Shown here piece by piece: positions 18,904 to 28,886 of a stretch of 64,000 bases of DNA. The notes under the pieces were generated by a model. That model did no database searches and was not told the origin of the DNA. It worked only from the letters and a program-made list of their open reading frames with translations. Positions within the stretch are counted from its first letter, which is position 1. The number at the start of each line of letters is the position of its first letter. Location: NCBI GenBank assembly GCA_963708045.1, contig OY970181.1, positions 515,740 to 579,739 of the forward strand. The letters are read 5' to 3'. Position numbers and translations under genes: made by a program. The stretch is from an uncultured bacterium. Its GTDB lineage: Bacteria > Patescibacteriota > Patescibacteriia > CAIQCM01.

Positions 18904-20694
18904 ATGGAATATCCAATAGAAACCAAGCGACATTCGGCGGCGCATATAATGGCGGCGGCGATTTTTGAACTTTATCCGGGTGCCAAATTTGGCGTCGGAC
19001 CGGCAGTGGATAACGGCTTTTTTTACGACGTGCAAACCGAGAAGCCGCTAACCGAACAAGATCTTTTAAAGATAGAAAAACGAATGCGAATGATTATTTC
19101 GCGCCGCGTTCCGTTCCGCCGCGACGTGATGCCGATTGATGAAGCAATTTCGTTTTTTCGCGAGCGCAAGCAGGATTTTAAAGTTGACTTGCTTGTTGAC
19201 CTAAAAACAAAAGGCACAACCGCGGTAGAAGGCAGTGAAGCTGAAGTTTTTGACGCAAAAAAACCCGAGGAGGTCTCGGTTTATTGGACAGGGGAGTTTG
19301 TTGATCTTTGCCGCGGGCCGCACGTTGCCGACGCGTCCGAGATCGGCGTTTTTAAACTTTCCAAACTCGCCGGCGCTTATTGGCGCGGCGATGCTAAGCG
19401 CGCTCAGCTCACCCGCATTTACGGATTGGTTTTTAATACGCAAGCCGAATTAGACGCGTATCAAAAAATGCAAGAAGAGGCTGAACGCCGCGATCATCGC
19501 AAGCTTGGCGCCGAACTGGATCTGTTTACGTTTTCGCCGCTCGTCGGTTCCGGCTTGCCGCTTTTTACGCCACGCGGCACAATTCTTCGCCGTTTGCTTG
19601 AAGATTTTGTCGGCAAACTCAACGCTAAATATCACTATGAACGGGTTTGGATTCCGCACATCACCAAGTCTGATTTATATAAGACGTCCGGACATTGGGA
19701 CAAATTTGGCGATGATATTTTTCACGTTTCGTCAAAAAAATCTGACGATGAATTTGCGCTTAAACCGATGAACTGTCCGCATCACACACAAATATATGCG
19801 AGCCGACCGCGAAGTTATCGCGATCTGCCGATCCGCTACGCCGAAAATACGACTTGTTATCGTGATGAAAATACCGGACAACTGGCCGGGCTCACTCGCG
19901 TCCGCTCGCTTACGCAAGACGACGCCCATATCTTCTGCACACCAGATCAGGTGGAAAAAGAAATCGCCGGTATCTACCAAATTATCAAAACCTACTACAA
20001 AGTATTTAAGATGCAGCTTAAAATTAGGCTCTCGGTGCATGACCCCAAAGAAATGGAAAAGTATTTGGGCGGCGCTGCGGTTTGGGAAAAGGCTGTTAGC
20101 ACGCTTAAGAAGTTTTTGGCCGATAATAAGTTGGAATACGAGCTTGGCGTGGGTGAAGCGGCCTTCTACGGTCCCAAGCTGGATTTTATGAGCATTGACG
20201 CGATCGGCCGCGAGTGGCAACTGGCCACGGCGCAACTGGATTTTAATTTGCCCGATCGTTTTAGTTTGGAATACGCGGATACCGATGGAACCAAAAAACG
20301 CCCGGTAATGATCCATCGCGCTATTCTTGGATCGGTGGAACGTTTTCTTGGCGTCGCGATTGAACATTTTGCCGGTGCCTTTCCGACGTGGCTCGCGCCC
20401 GTGCAAATCGCGATCGTTCCCGTTAGTAAAGAATTTATGAGTGCGTCAAAAAAATTAAACGAGCTTTTCTTAAAAGAGGAAATGCGCGTAGAAATTTACG
20501 ACCCAAGCGAACGCGTTGGCTACAACATTAGAAAAGCGATTACAATGAAAGTTCCGTATATGCTGGTTGTTGGTGAAAAGGAAAAGTCGCTTAAAAAACT
20601 TACGGTTCGCATTCGCGGCCAACAAACAGAAAAGCAGATGACGCTAAAGCAGTTTATTGAACGGGTAAAAAAGGAAATTGCGTCAAATAAATAA
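18904..20694 (+). CDS. thrS: threonine--tRNA ligase (lacks N-terminal TGS)
   Basis: RHSAAHIMA, DLCRGPH, RDHRKLG, KPMNCPHH, AFYGPKLD, MIHRAILGSVERF. Confidence 0.98.
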   Translation: MEYPIETKRHSAAHIMAAAIFELYPGAKFGVGPAVDNGFFYDVQTEKPLTEQDLLKIEKRMRMIISRRVPFRRDVMPIDEAISFFRERKQDFKVDLLVDLKTKGTTAVEGSEAEVFDAKKPEEVSVYWTGEFVDLCRGPHVADASEIGVFKLSKLAGAYWRGDAKRAQLTRIYGLVFNTQAELDAYQKMQEEAERRDHRKLGAELDLFTFSPLVGSGLPLFTPRGTILRRLLEDFVGKLNAKYHYERVWIPHITKSDLYKTSGHWDKFGDDIFHVSSKKSDDEFALKPMNCPHHTQIYASRPRSYRDLPIRYAENTTCYRDENTGQLAGLTRVRSLTQDDAHIFCTPDQVEKEIAGIYQIIKTYYKVFKMQLKIRLSVHDPKEMEKYLGGAAVWEKAVSTLKKFLADNKLEYELGVGEAAFYGPKLDFMSIDAIGREWQLATAQLDFNLPDRFSLEYADTDGTKKRPVMIHRAILGSVERFLGVAIEHFAGAFPTWLAPVQIAIVPVSKEFMSASKKLNELFLKEEMRVEIYDPSERVGYNIRKAITMKVPYMLVVGEKEKSLKKLTVRIRGQQTEKQMTLKQFIERVKKEIASNK

Positions 20695-20707
20695 CTATAA
20701 TCACGCT

Positions 20708-20748
20708 AAAAATACCCCCCACTTTATAAAAAGTAGGGGGTATTTTTT
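20708..20748 (+). terminator. rho-independent terminator
   Basis: AAAAATACCCCC...GGGGGTATTTTTT after thrS. Confidence 0.75.
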
Positions 20749-20877
20749 GGTGTTTATTCTTGACAAAGTGCTAATTTAGTGCTAAAAAGCATAAGCCTTG
20801 AAAATGCATTTTTGTTGAGAATTACGCCGAATAATTCGGCGTTAAAGATTTTGGCAAGCAAACAATGGGAGAACCAA

Positions 20878-21270
20878 ATGAACAGTCAACGAATGGGTTT
20901 TAAAGTATTTGTGAGGAGTATTGCGCACGCGCTTGCACTTGAGCTCACTGAGGACGAGCTTGAAATGATTAGCAAAACGGTTAACGGCCTTTTTGGACTA
21001 GCAATTGATGAAGTAAGTTTGAGTCTTGTTAACCAAGTTCAGCGCCGTTTGCCGCAAGACGAGCACTCACGTGGGGTGATGCGTGAACGAACGATCAATA
21101 CCTGTCTTCGTCGGAACGACGCGTTTAGAGAGGTGCTTCGCGATTTGATCAGTAGGGTTACTGCGTCATCGGGTGACAAACGCGCGGACTGCATCGGTTT
21201 CATCCTCTACTGGGTCACGCAAGGCATAGAGACTAATCGGCAGTTTAGCGTCAGCGCTACTCACCTTTAG
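20878..21270 (+). CDS. hypothetical protein
   Basis: ATG 20878 preceded by GGGAG SD and TTGACA promoter at 20760; hairpin downstream. Confidence 0.55.
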   Translation: MNSQRMGFKVFVRSIAHALALELTEDELEMISKTVNGLFGLAIDEVSLSLVNQVQRRLPQDEHSRGVMRERTINTCLRRNDAFREVLRDLISRVTASSGDKRADCIGFILYWVTQGIETNRQFSVSATHL

Positions 21271-21377
21271 CAATCTCTATCAAAATGGGCGGCACGCAAC
21301 ACGCGGCCGCCCATCTTCATTTGCGGATATAATAAAATTTTCGGTCGTGTTAGAATAATTTAATAAACAATCAATTG

Positions 21378-22265
21378 ATGACAAAAAAACTTCCAAAACT
21401 TCTGGTTATTTGCGGGCCAACGGCGTCAGGTAAAACCGAGCTCGCAATTGCCCTCGCCAAAAAATATAACGGCGTACTGATTGCCGCTGATTCGCGCACG
21501 GTTTATAAATATATGGATATTGGCACGGGTAAGGATTTAAGTTATCCGCATAAGCTTATTAACATTGTTTGCCCAGACGAGACGCTAACACTGGCTAGTT
21601 ACAAGAAAAAAGCGGTCGCTGCGGTTCGCGCTGCGGTTCGCGCTGGGAAATTGCCGATTTTGGTCGGCGGAACTGGGCTGTATATTTGGGCGATTGTTGA
21701 TAATCTTTTGATTCCCAAAGTTGCTGCCAACGAAAAAATGCGCGAAGAATTGGAAAAGAAAACAGCCGACGAGCTTTATACGCTTTTGAATTCCATTGAC
21801 CCAGCCGCGGCTAAAGTAACGGGAAAAAATAAGCGCCGAATGATTCGTGCACTAGAAGTGGTCGCCGCTTCTGGCAATAAATTTTCTGAAAGCACGAAAA
21901 AAGGCAAACCACTTTTTGATTTTTTGGAGCTCGGTATATTTTTGCCGCGCGAAGAATTGGTTAAAAGAATAGATAAGCGCGTTCAGACAATGATCAACGC
22001 TGGTTTTATGGCTGAGGTTTTGTATCTTAGAAAAAAATTGTATTTGCCGGATCTGCCGGCAATGAGCGGGATCGGTTACAAAGAATTAAACGACGTAATT
22101 GACGGAAAGGGGACGATTGACGAAGCGGTGGAGCGGATAAAAGCGCGGACGCGTCAATATGCCCGTCGGCAAATGACCTGGTTTCGTCGCGATAAACGGA
22201 TTAATTGGATTGGTGGGTTGGCTGAAGCCGACGCACTAGTAAAAAGATGGTTATCTGCCTCCTAG
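21378..22265 (+). CDS. miaA: tRNA dimethylallyltransferase
   Basis: GPTASGKT, DSRTVYKYMDIGTGK, VGGTGLY, IGYKE, TRQYARRQMTWFR. Confidence 0.97.
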   Translation: MTKKLPKLLVICGPTASGKTELAIALAKKYNGVLIAADSRTVYKYMDIGTGKDLSYPHKLINIVCPDETLTLASYKKKAVAAVRAAVRAGKLPILVGGTGLYIWAIVDNLLIPKVAANEKMREELEKKTADELYTLLNSIDPAAAKVTGKNKRRMIRALEVVAASGNKFSESTKKGKPLFDFLELGIFLPREELVKRIDKRVQTMINAGFMAEVLYLRKKLYLPDLPAMSGIGYKELNDVIDGKGTIDEAVERIKARTRQYARRQMTWFRRDKRINWIGGLAEADALVKRWLSAS

Positions 22266-22338
22266 TGCGGAAAACTCAATTATTTGCTATAATATAGGCA
22301 GTTAATTCATCTATTTTTATCGTATGGAAGGACAAACA

Positions 22339-22506
22339 ATGTCGATTGAGGCCTATTGCGTTAAGTGCAAGGCCAAGCGGGAAATGAAGAGCCCTGCAGA
22401 GGTTGAGATGAAGGGCAAGGGCGACGTTAAACGTCGCGCAATGACCGGCCTTTGCGCCGTCTGCGGCACCAAAATGTTTAAGATTTTAGGCAACAAACCA
22501 GCCTAA
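22339..22506 (+). CDS. DUF5679-like small zinc-ribbon protein
   Basis: AYCVKCKAKREM...GLCAVCGTKMFKILG; GAAGGA SD before ATG 22339. Confidence 0.85.
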   Translation: MSIEAYCVKCKAKREMKSPAEVEMKGKGDVKRRAMTGLCAVCGTKMFKILGNKPA

Positions 22507-22557
22507 CCCAAAATCCCTCCGAGCACTCGGAGGGATTTTGTTATATAATAATTTTGT

Positions 22558-23325
22558 ATGGCAAAGTTATTTATAGGAAAAATTGTCGCAATTGGCGGAG
22601 GCGAAATGGGGCGGCCGGGGTATCCCGTAGAAACGACAAAAATAGACAAGGAAATAATCCGTTTAACCGGTAAAAAATATCCCAAGATATTATTTATTCC
22701 GACGGCAAGCAATGACTCTGTATCTTATTACGAAATTTTTAAAAAACATTTTGGCAAGCGTTTGGGCTGCCAAACTGATGTTTTGTATTTAATAAATAAT
22801 AAATTGAACAAAAAAGAAATCACCGAAAAAATATTTTCGGCGGATGCGATTTATGTCGGCGGGGGAAATACTTTGCGCCTCATGAACGCATGGCGCCGTC
22901 GCGGTGTAGACAAAATTTTAAAAAAGGCGCTCCGGGCGGGGATTGTGCTTTCGGGGGTAAGCGCCGGCTCGCTTTGTTGGTTTAAGTGGGGAAATTCCGA
23001 TTCGCGAAAATCAAAATCAAACCCGAATAATTTTATTATTGTTCGTGGTCTAGATTTTATACCACTGGCGCACTGTCCGCATTTTGATGTTGAAAAAGAA
23101 CGCGAGACGTCGCTTAAGAAAATGGTTAAAGTTAAAAAAGATGTTTGTGTTGCTTTGGATAACTGCTCGGCCATCACAATGATTGATGGCCGGTATCGGA
23201 TAATCTCGTCAAAGCGCACGGCTAATGCTTATAAGATATATCATCAAAATGGTCAATATCGTAAAGAGTTGATTAAAAAAGAAAATCAATTTAATCATTT
23301 TTCAAAATTACTAACTAAGTCATAG
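22558..23325 (+). CDS. peptidase E (S51 family)
   Basis: AIGGGE, FIPTAS, IYVGGGNT, GVSAGSLCW, CPHF. Confidence 0.9.
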   Translation: MAKLFIGKIVAIGGGEMGRPGYPVETTKIDKEIIRLTGKKYPKILFIPTASNDSVSYYEIFKKHFGKRLGCQTDVLYLINNKLNKKEITEKIFSADAIYVGGGNTLRLMNAWRRRGVDKILKKALRAGIVLSGVSAGSLCWFKWGNSDSRKSKSNPNNFIIVRGLDFIPLAHCPHFDVEKERETSLKKMVKVKKDVCVALDNCSAITMIDGRYRIISSKRTANAYKIYHQNGQYRKELIKKENQFNHFSKLLTKS

Positions 23326-23377
23326 TTTTTGGTTTCGTGCTATAATTAAATTAATTAATAATTTAATTATATTTTTT

Positions 23378-24241
23378 ATGAATTCAACCTTAAAAAATAC
23401 GATTGCTGTTTTGGGTGCCGTAGTCGCGCTCGTACTTGCATACGCCGCCGTTAGTTATGTAACGTCGTATGGAAAATCAATTCAGCCGTCGTCATTTAGA
23501 AGTTTTTCCGTATCAGCCGAAGGTAAGTCGGTGAGTATTCCTGATGTGGCGCAATTTTCGTTTCAGGTTATAACCGAAGGTGGTAAGGACTTGACCGATT
23601 TGCAAACAAAAAATACCGAAGCTATGAATAACGCCATAGACTTTGTTAAGGGTCAGGGCGTTGACGCAAAAGATATTAAGATCTCGTCATACAACGTTAA
23701 TCCGCGCTACGAAAATTATAATTGTTATGATGCGCCGGCCGAATTGGATTATATGGAAAAGTCGTCGGTATCGTCCGGTTCGTCATCGGGGGTCGCGACT
23801 GCGCCCGCCGTGGCCGAGAGAATGGTAAAAACATGTCCGCCGCCTGCGATTGCTGGTTACACTATCACTCAATCGGTTGCCGTTAAAATTAGGGACTTTA
23901 AAAAAATAAGCAACATTATGTCTGGCGTGGTAACAAATGGCGCTAATCAGATTGGTTCTCTTTTCTTTACCACCGACGATCCAACCACTCCTCAAGACAA
24001 AGCGCGTGCCGAAGCAATTGCCAAAGCTAAGGTTAAGGCTGAAGCGATGGCAAAAGCCGGAGGCTTTAAAATTGGTCGCTTGCTAGGCATTACCGATGGC
24101 AGTTATAGTCCTTACGCGGCATACCGAAGCTACGACGCTGTAGGTTTAGCTAGCGACGCAAAAGCAGAATCTGTCCCAACCATTGAACCCGGCTCACAAG
24201 AAACATCTATCAGTGTAACTTTGCAGTACGAGATTCTGTAA
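23378..24241 (+). CDS. SIMPL domain (DUF541) protein
   Basis: TM, SVSAEGKSVSIPDVAQFSF, GANQI, AIAKAKVKAEAMAKAGG, IEPGSQE. Confidence 0.9.
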   Translation: MNSTLKNTIAVLGAVVALVLAYAAVSYVTSYGKSIQPSSFRSFSVSAEGKSVSIPDVAQFSFQVITEGGKDLTDLQTKNTEAMNNAIDFVKGQGVDAKDIKISSYNVNPRYENYNCYDAPAELDYMEKSSVSSGSSSGVATAPAVAERMVKTCPPPAIAGYTITQSVAVKIRDFKKISNIMSGVVTNGANQIGSLFFTTDDPTTPQDKARAEAIAKAKVKAEAMAKAGGFKIGRLLGITDGSYSPYAAYRSYDAVGLASDAKAESVPTIEPGSQETSISVTLQYEIL

Positions 24242-24390
24242 ATAAAATTTATTGTATAAAATAAACATCCCCACTTTTACTAAAGTGGGGATGTTTATAT
24301 AAACGATAAATTTACAACGTCTAATTGATAATCAATTAATTTTTTTGATACAGAACAATATATATGGCGATTAATGTTTATGATTTTTTG

Positions 24391-24428
24391 CCCTCCCATC
24401 TTTCCACGATCGTGGAAAGATGGGAGGG
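24391..24428. repeat. perfect 38-bp palindrome (terminator/REP-like)
   Basis: CCCTCCCATCTTTCCACGA|TCGTGGAAAGATGGGAGGG. Confidence 0.8.
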
Positions 24429-24452
24429 ATATTGGTAGCGTATTTAATTTTT

Positions 24453-25052
24453 TTAAAAATCTTTTATCACGCCGGCTTTGAGCAAGGCTTGGTAGTGATT
24501 GGGGCTTTTTTGTTTTAAAAATTCCAGAACTTTTCCCCGAACAGTCGTGGTTTTTAAATTTTTTTCTTTTGCAAAAGCTATAATTTTGTTTATGGTCGTG
24601 TCAATTTCGGAGGCGTTGTTCACCATTAATTCTATTTCGCCGATTTTATAGTCAAAGTTAAAACCGGTAACCGTATCAAGATCAATGTTAAAATCGTCTT
24701 TTTTAAATTTTTTTCGCGTTGTCGTGAGTGAACAAAAAGGGGTGTAGTTATTTTCCTTAAGATCGTCAGAAAACGATCCTTGTTTTGCTAAACCGAGCGC
24801 GGTGCGGATTTTTTCTTCATCTTCCAGTTCTTCGTATTGATCAGCTAGGCGGTCAACGCCTTTGTGCAAGGGGAGTTTGAGTTCAAAACGATTGTCGCGA
24901 GCGCGCAGCCAAATATCTTTGGTTGTAAGAGAAAACGATGGCGTATCGTAATAAGTGTCGGTAAAAACGCGCTCTTTTAAAAATTCAGCGCCGTTTGTGA
25001 GCCGCGTGATGTCGTCTTCGTTCAGCAGAAATTTTTTTTCAACTTCTATCAT
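24453..25052 (-). CDS. CYTH domain protein (triphosphate tunnel metalloenzyme)
   Basis: MIEVEKKF ExExK motif, DTYYD, WLRAR, GEIELMV. Confidence 0.9.
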   Translation of the reverse strand: MIEVEKKFLLNEDDITRLTNGAEFLKERVFTDTYYDTPSFSLTTKDIWLRARDNRFELKLPLHKGVDRLADQYEELEDEEKIRTALGLAKQGSFSDDLKENNYTPFCSLTTTRKKFKKDDFNIDLDTVTGFNFDYKIGEIELMVNNASEIDTTINKIIAFAKEKNLKTTTVRGKVLEFLKQKSPNHYQALLKAGVIKDF

Positions 25053-25063
25053 AGTAATATAAA

Positions 25064-25258
25064 TTATTTATCAAAAATAAATAAGTCGTCTAGGTTTGAA
25101 CGCAAAGCGCGGCTGACGTCGTGAGCGAGCTTTAGTGAAGGATTATATTTTCCTTGTTCAAGAAAAATAATTGTCTCGCGCCGAACGCCGGCTTTTTTTG
25201 CCAGTTCTTCTTGGGTAATGTTAAGTTTGGTGCGCAATTCTTTAATGCGATTAGTCAT
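25064..25258 (-). CDS. XRE-family helix-turn-helix regulator
   Basis: [37 protein letters not shown]. Confidence 0.93.
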   Translation of the reverse strand: MTNRIKELRTKLNITQEELAKKAGVRRETIIFLEQGKYNPSLKLAHDVSRALRSNLDDLFIFDK

Positions 25259-25262
25259 AAAA

Positions 25263-25808
25263 TTATTTGCAGGCGCTTTGCGGAGCGGCGAACGACGGCG
25301 CGCCGTGCCTTACCCAAACGCCATTTTGGCAGATCCAATTGTCTTCGCCGGAGAGCAAGCGAAGGCCGGCAATAAGCAAAACAACTGCAATTAGAATAAT
25401 GACGATTGTACCTATAGTTTTGTGGTTGGTTAATTTAATCCGGTCGTGGTATCTGAAAATTAATGAATAAACGATCATTAAAAAACAAGCTGAAAATGCC
25501 AGCGTGTGCGCGATTGATTCGTATGACGGGTTGGTGTTGCGGAAAGTGTAAAAGAAAAGCATCCCAACCACCGCGAGCCAAGAAAATATTTGTAAAGTTA
25601 AAAGCGCTGCCTTGCCGCCCAAAGCATAATCGCGTTCATCGGCAATGACTTCTTTTACGCGCCGGCGCAGGATAAGCATAACGAGCGTCGCGACAATGAT
25701 TGTGACAATAGGAAGAAAAAAACTTTCAAAAACAATCGCTTGGCTCACGGTAATGCCGATAATGACGGCGGCGATAATTTGAATTTGCTTAAAGGTTTTT
25801 AACGTCAT
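25263..25808 (-). CDS. DUF2178-like membrane protein with C-terminal [16 protein letters not shown] domain
   Basis: Five TM segments, ADERD motif, paired with the XRE gene. Confidence 0.8.
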   Translation of the reverse strand: MTLKTFKQIQIIAAVIIGITVSQAIVFESFFLPIVTIIVATLVMLILRRRVKEVIADERDYALGGKAALLTLQIFSWLAVVGMLFFYTFRNTNPSYESIAHTLAFSACFLMIVYSLIFRYHDRIKLTNHKTIGTIVIILIAVVLLIAGLRLLSGEDNWICQNGVWVRHGAPSFAAPQSACK

Positions 25809-25814
25809 ATTCAA

Positions 25815-25868
25815 TGTTAGAATTAATTAACTTTATTTTATGTTATATAATTCTAACATTGGTGTCAA
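25815..25868 (-). promoter_or_regulatory. sigma70 promoter with tandem palindromic operator (likely XRE binding)
   Basis: TTGACA(25868-63)-17-TAACAT(25845-40); TGTTA-N8-TAAC(A/T) at 25815-32 and 25841-58. Confidence 0.7.
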
Positions 25869-26123
25869 GCAGTGGATAAGTAGAATAAAATAGGGGGTCG
25901 GGTATATCATTTTTTTGAGCATAGTAGTATTTTTTATGTTTGTAAAAAGTGCATGAGTAACGCATTTTAAATAAAACCCTTCTGTACACCATTTCGCGCG
26001 GCCGGACGAAATGGTGTACATGGTTTTTTCGGGGAAATATTCTATAAAACTAGAATTTTTTATTATTAGAAAGGGACTGGCATCGGACGCCAGTCCCTTT
26101 GTCGTGAAGGTTCAAAGTCGGAG

Positions 26124-26471
26124 TTATTTGGTGACTAGCCAAGCGCGCGACCAGATGCGGTAGACGTTGTGATAGTCGTTTTCAACCATTAAACCAAAAG
26201 CAAGTTCCTCGCGTGCCCCATCGCCGTCGCCACCAAAGGTTCCGGCGATGGGGCCTCCGCTAAAGCAGCTCGTGCCCCAGCGTTTTCGTTCCATTTCAAT
26301 GAATGCCCAGAACGCTTCGGCAACGGTTAGTTGTTGTTCGGGAAACTGATCGTATCGCTCTTCGCCTAAAACATTGAACATAAAACGAAGTCCGAATTTG
26401 GAGACGACGCGCATCTGTGCGAGATATCCGTCGTCAATTGGTTTTTTTCGACTCACTAAAGAACGCGGCAT
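26124..26471 (-). CDS. hypothetical protein
   Basis: 115-aa ORF followed by terminator 26070-26100; may be the 3' half of a frameshifted gene. Confidence 0.55.
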   Translation of the reverse strand: MPRSLVSRKKPIDDGYLAQMRVVSKFGLRFMFNVLGEERYDQFPEQQLTVAEAFWAFIEMERKRWGTSCFSGGPIAGTFGGDGDGAREELAFGLMVENDYHNVYRIWSRAWLVTK

Positions 26472-26778
26472 AGTCTACTGAAGCGCGCCCATGACCATCA
26501 TGGATTCCGGTGATACGCATAAGCGCATCAAAGTCCGCTTTCGCGATGTCGTTTCCAAAGTAGATTACGCCACCGTGCTCCTCTTCGGGCGGGGCACTCA
26601 GAAAAGGATTGTTTTTATCCATATCCTGGTATCCGTAGACGCTATTACCACTCGGGGCGAACATGGTGAGGTAGCCGGGTTTTCTTTCTGCTACGGGATC
26701 AGGCCAATCGGGTGGGGAAATTTTAATCTTCTTCATTAGCTCTGCGAGTGCTTGTGAGTCGGGTTTATTTTGCGCCAT
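26434..26778 (-). CDS. hypothetical protein
   Basis: AAGGA SD and TTGACA promoter upstream; overlaps next ORF by 38 nt. Confidence 0.6.
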   Translation of the reverse strand: MAQNKPDSQALAELMKKIKISPPDWPDPVAERKPGYLTMFAPSGNSVYGYQDMDKNNPFLSAPPEEEHGGVIYFGNDIAKADFDALMRITGIHDGHGRASVDYAAFFSESKKTN

Positions 26779-26953
26779 CGGCGTTTCCTTTTCGTGGGTT
26801 GTTATGGTGCTATTTGTCGCTCAACCATAGATAAATTATCGATAAATGTCAAGAATACTGTCTTGGTATTTATGCTTTGAAAAACTAAAAGGCCGCCTTG
26901 TAGCGGCCTTTTAGACTATCTAAAAAATCATTATCTTCTACATCCGACGGGTA

Positions 26954-27280
26954 CTAGTTCAATATTTCTATTGCCCGCTTAATGGCGACATAACCGTATG
27001 CCCAAAGGAAGGGGAGCCAAAGTGGCATAACGCCAAAGAGTGTGTTGCGTTTAAATGTTTCAACACCCGTGCTCACGAAAAAATATTCTGCAATGATCAT
27101 TATAAAAAATCCAAAGACAAGGATAAGAATATCGTTTTTATTTCTTTTGTTCGTGAGAGAAATTAAAATAATTGCAGCATAGATTGCTGTAAGCCAATAA
27201 TCATTCGCAACGAGCGGGATAAGGCCGATCATAATAATGATCGGGATGGTGTCTAGGACAATCCGTAACGCTTTTTTCAT
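26954..27280 (-). CDS. small multi-pass membrane protein
   Basis: Four TM segments, AEYFFVSTGVETF...PLWLPFLW. Confidence 0.7.
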   Translation of the reverse strand: MKKALRIVLDTIPIIIMIGLIPLVANDYWLTAIYAAIILISLTNKRNKNDILILVFGFFIMIIAEYFFVSTGVETFKRNTLFGVMPLWLPFLWAYGYVAIKRAIEILN

Positions 27281-27327
27281 ATCATTTTTAAATCAGGAGG
27301 CCGGGCTCATTAGCCCGGCCTTTAAAG

Positions 27328-28878
27328 TTATTTCATCAAATCTTTTAGCAATTCCTCAGCCACTTGGGGGTTGGCTTTGCCGCCGGTGGCTTTCATTACG
27401 GCGCCGAGGAGGAATTTTATCACTTGGATTTTGCCGGCTTTATACTGAGTAACGCTATCTGGGTTTTGATTGACGATACTTTCCACAATCGGCCGGAGTT
27501 CGTCGGGGGATGATTTTTGGCCTAAGTCTTTTTCTTTAAGTACCGACTCGGGTGACGCGCCGGTTGTAAGCATTTCGGCGAGAATGACCTGTGCGGTCGC
27601 GGAATTTATTTTGCCTTCGTGGATGAGCGTTAAAAATTCGGCAAAGGCGTCGGGGGTGATTTTGGTTTTAAGTTCCAGCCAAGACATTTTTTTATCAACC
27701 AAAAGTCCGCCGAGTTTGGAAAGCAGCCAGCCCGAAACAAGCTTGGAAAGCTTGCCTTTGTTCGCCTGCCATTTTTCTTCTTCGGTGCCATCGGCGTCGC
27801 CGGTCGTCATAAGCCACGCACGTAGTTCGCTAAACGCTTCCTCCACATAATCAGCTAGCGCTGGGTCGTCGGTCATAAGCGTCGCGTCTTCGCGCATAAG
27901 ACCGTACTCGTCCATAAAGCGGGCGCGTTTGGCCATTGGTAGTTCGGGGATAAGTTGGCTCATTTTTTCACGAAGAGAAACAAGATCAAGTGGGGGAATG
28001 TCGGGCTCGGGGAAATAACGATAATCGTGTGCCGCTTCTTTTGAGCGCTGTTCTACGGTTACGCCTTTGGCATCGTCCCAACCGCGCGTGGTCGTAATAG
28101 CGACCGGGCTTCCTGTATCTTCCCAAACATTGGTTTGACGTTTTATTTCAAATTCCAAAGCGCGTTCCACATTGCGAATGGAATTGATATTTTTAACTTC
28201 GGTTTTTGGATTTAGTTTGCGCGCGGAAGAAGTTTCTTTTTTGGGGTCATCAATAACTTCGCGCATACTAATGTTGGCGTCGCAACGCATCTGTCCTTTT
28301 TCCATATCGGCGTCGGACACGCCAACCGCGCGCATTATGCGCTGAAGTTCCTGCAAAAACACGCGCGCTTCGGCCGGTGAAGCAAAATCTGGTTCGGTGA
28401 CAATTTCAGCCAGTGGTGTGCCGCCGCGGTTATAGTCAACATACGATGCTTTGCCATCGGCGGAATGTGTAAGCTTGGCGGCGTCTTCTTCCAAATGCAA
28501 GCGCGTAATGCCAATTCTTGGTTTTGGTCGTCCAATGGCGCCGGCTGGTAGTTCAATATCAAGATATCCTTCAACACTGATTGGTTCGTCAAATTGGGAA
28601 ATTTGATAACCTTTGGGAAGGTCGGGATAAAAATAATTTTTTCGGTCAAACTTGGCGCGGTCGGGGATACGGCAGTTTATAGCGAGCGCGGCTAAGACGC
28701 CAAGCTCTAGCGCCTTCGCGTTTGTAACCGGCAAAGTGCCAGGGTGTCCCGTGCAAACCGGGCAAATGGCAGTGTTGGGGGCCCGATCTTCGGAAATGTT
28801 TTCACAACCGCAAAACATTTTTGTCGCGGTTTTAAGCTGGACGTGGATTTCCAATCCGATTACCGGTTCAAGCTTCAT
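27328..28878 (-). CDS. gatB: Asp/Glu-tRNA amidotransferase subunit B
   Basis: VIGLEIHVQL, FDRKNYFYPDLPKGYQISQ, HLEEDAAK, MRCDANIS, DYRYFPEPD. Confidence 0.98.
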   Translation of the reverse strand: MKLEPVIGLEIHVQLKTATKMFCGCENISEDRAPNTAICPVCTGHPGTLPVTNAKALELGVLAALAINCRIPDRAKFDRKNYFYPDLPKGYQISQFDEPISVEGYLDIELPAGAIGRPKPRIGITRLHLEEDAAKLTHSADGKASYVDYNRGGTPLAEIVTEPDFASPAEARVFLQELQRIMRAVGVSDADMEKGQMRCDANISMREVIDDPKKETSSARKLNPKTEVKNINSIRNVERALEFEIKRQTNVWEDTGSPVAITTTRGWDDAKGVTVEQRSKEAAHDYRYFPEPDIPPLDLVSLREKMSQLIPELPMAKRARFMDEYGLMREDATLMTDDPALADYVEEAFSELRAWLMTTGDADGTEEEKWQANKGKLSKLVSGWLLSKLGGLLVDKKMSWLELKTKITPDAFAEFLTLIHEGKINSATAQVILAEMLTTGASPESVLKEKDLGQKSSPDELRPIVESIVNQNPDSVTQYKAGKIQVIKFLLGAVMKATGGKANPQVAEELLKDLMK

Positions 28879-28886
28879 AGATTCGT

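Noticed and set aside
20766-20786. CIRCE element (AGTGCTAA twice)
   Set aside because: Direct rather than inverted half-sites, and no chaperone gene downstream
26440-26450. -1 programmed frameshift at A AAA AAC
   Set aside because: The downstream ORF is in the +1 frame, so a -1 shift would not join them
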